The notes below the pieces were generated by a model that saw only the letters and a list, made by a program, of their open reading frames with translations, did not search any database and had not been told where the DNA came from. 38,467 bases of DNA from positions 434,001 through 472,467 of the forward strand of contig JASTWF010000366.1 of NCBI GenBank assembly GCA_030390025.1, given 5' to 3'. Source of the DNA: Squalus acanthias. Lineage: Eukaryota. The translations under genes and the position numbers were made by a program. This document shows positions 38,174 to 38,467 of this stretch, piece by piece. Each line of letters opens with the position of its first letter. Position 1 is the stretch's first letter.

Positions 38174-38467
38174 CTCCCCACCTCACTCCTTCCCTCTCCT
38201 TTCATTGATTCGCTCCCTCTATCCCTCTCCTCATTCCCCCCTCCTTACTCATTCCCTCAATCAGTCCCTCCTTTCTCATTCCCTCTCCCTCCTTCTCATT
38301 CCCTCCCTCCTTTCACACATTTCCTCAGTCACTCCCTCCTTTCACTCATTCCCTCAATCTCACCTTTCACTCATTCCCTCCCTCCTTTCACTCATTCCCT
38401 CCACCCTAACTCAAACCCTCCCTCATCATCCTCTCATTTCATTCCCTCCATCCTTTTTCTCATTCCT
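38174..38467 (+). repeat. Degenerate pyrimidine-rich repeat (CTCATTCCCT-like units)
   Basis: About 290 nt, almost G-free, repeated ctcattccc/cctttc; runs off the window end. Confidence 0.9.

Overview
Vertebrate genomic DNA, probably a cartilaginous fish (inferred from the repeat types). It holds two convergent genes. The last six coding exons of DOCK7 are on + (2232-8552; DHR-2 domain and C-terminus), and all eight coding exons of USP1 are on - (ATG 36245, stop 11553), the same tail-to-tail order as in human. The main anomaly is that the otherwise intact USP1 lacks one base in exon 6, in an A-rich, Lys-coding stretch (about 18113-18118). The 0 frame stops at a TGA overlapping an ATG, and the conserved protein continues in the -1 frame. 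This may be an assembly error, a null allele or recoding. USP1 intron 5 (12 kb) holds a near full-length CR1 LINE with three nested insertions. One is a Penelope-like element with ~370-bp inverted arms, each carrying a minimal hammerhead ribozyme. A calmodulin retrocopy fragment lies in a DOCK7 intron. There are also a hairpin-rich MITE with repeated consensus splice donors, pogo/Tigger elements, SINEs and L2 relics. All protein and repeat comparisons are from memory; no database search was run.
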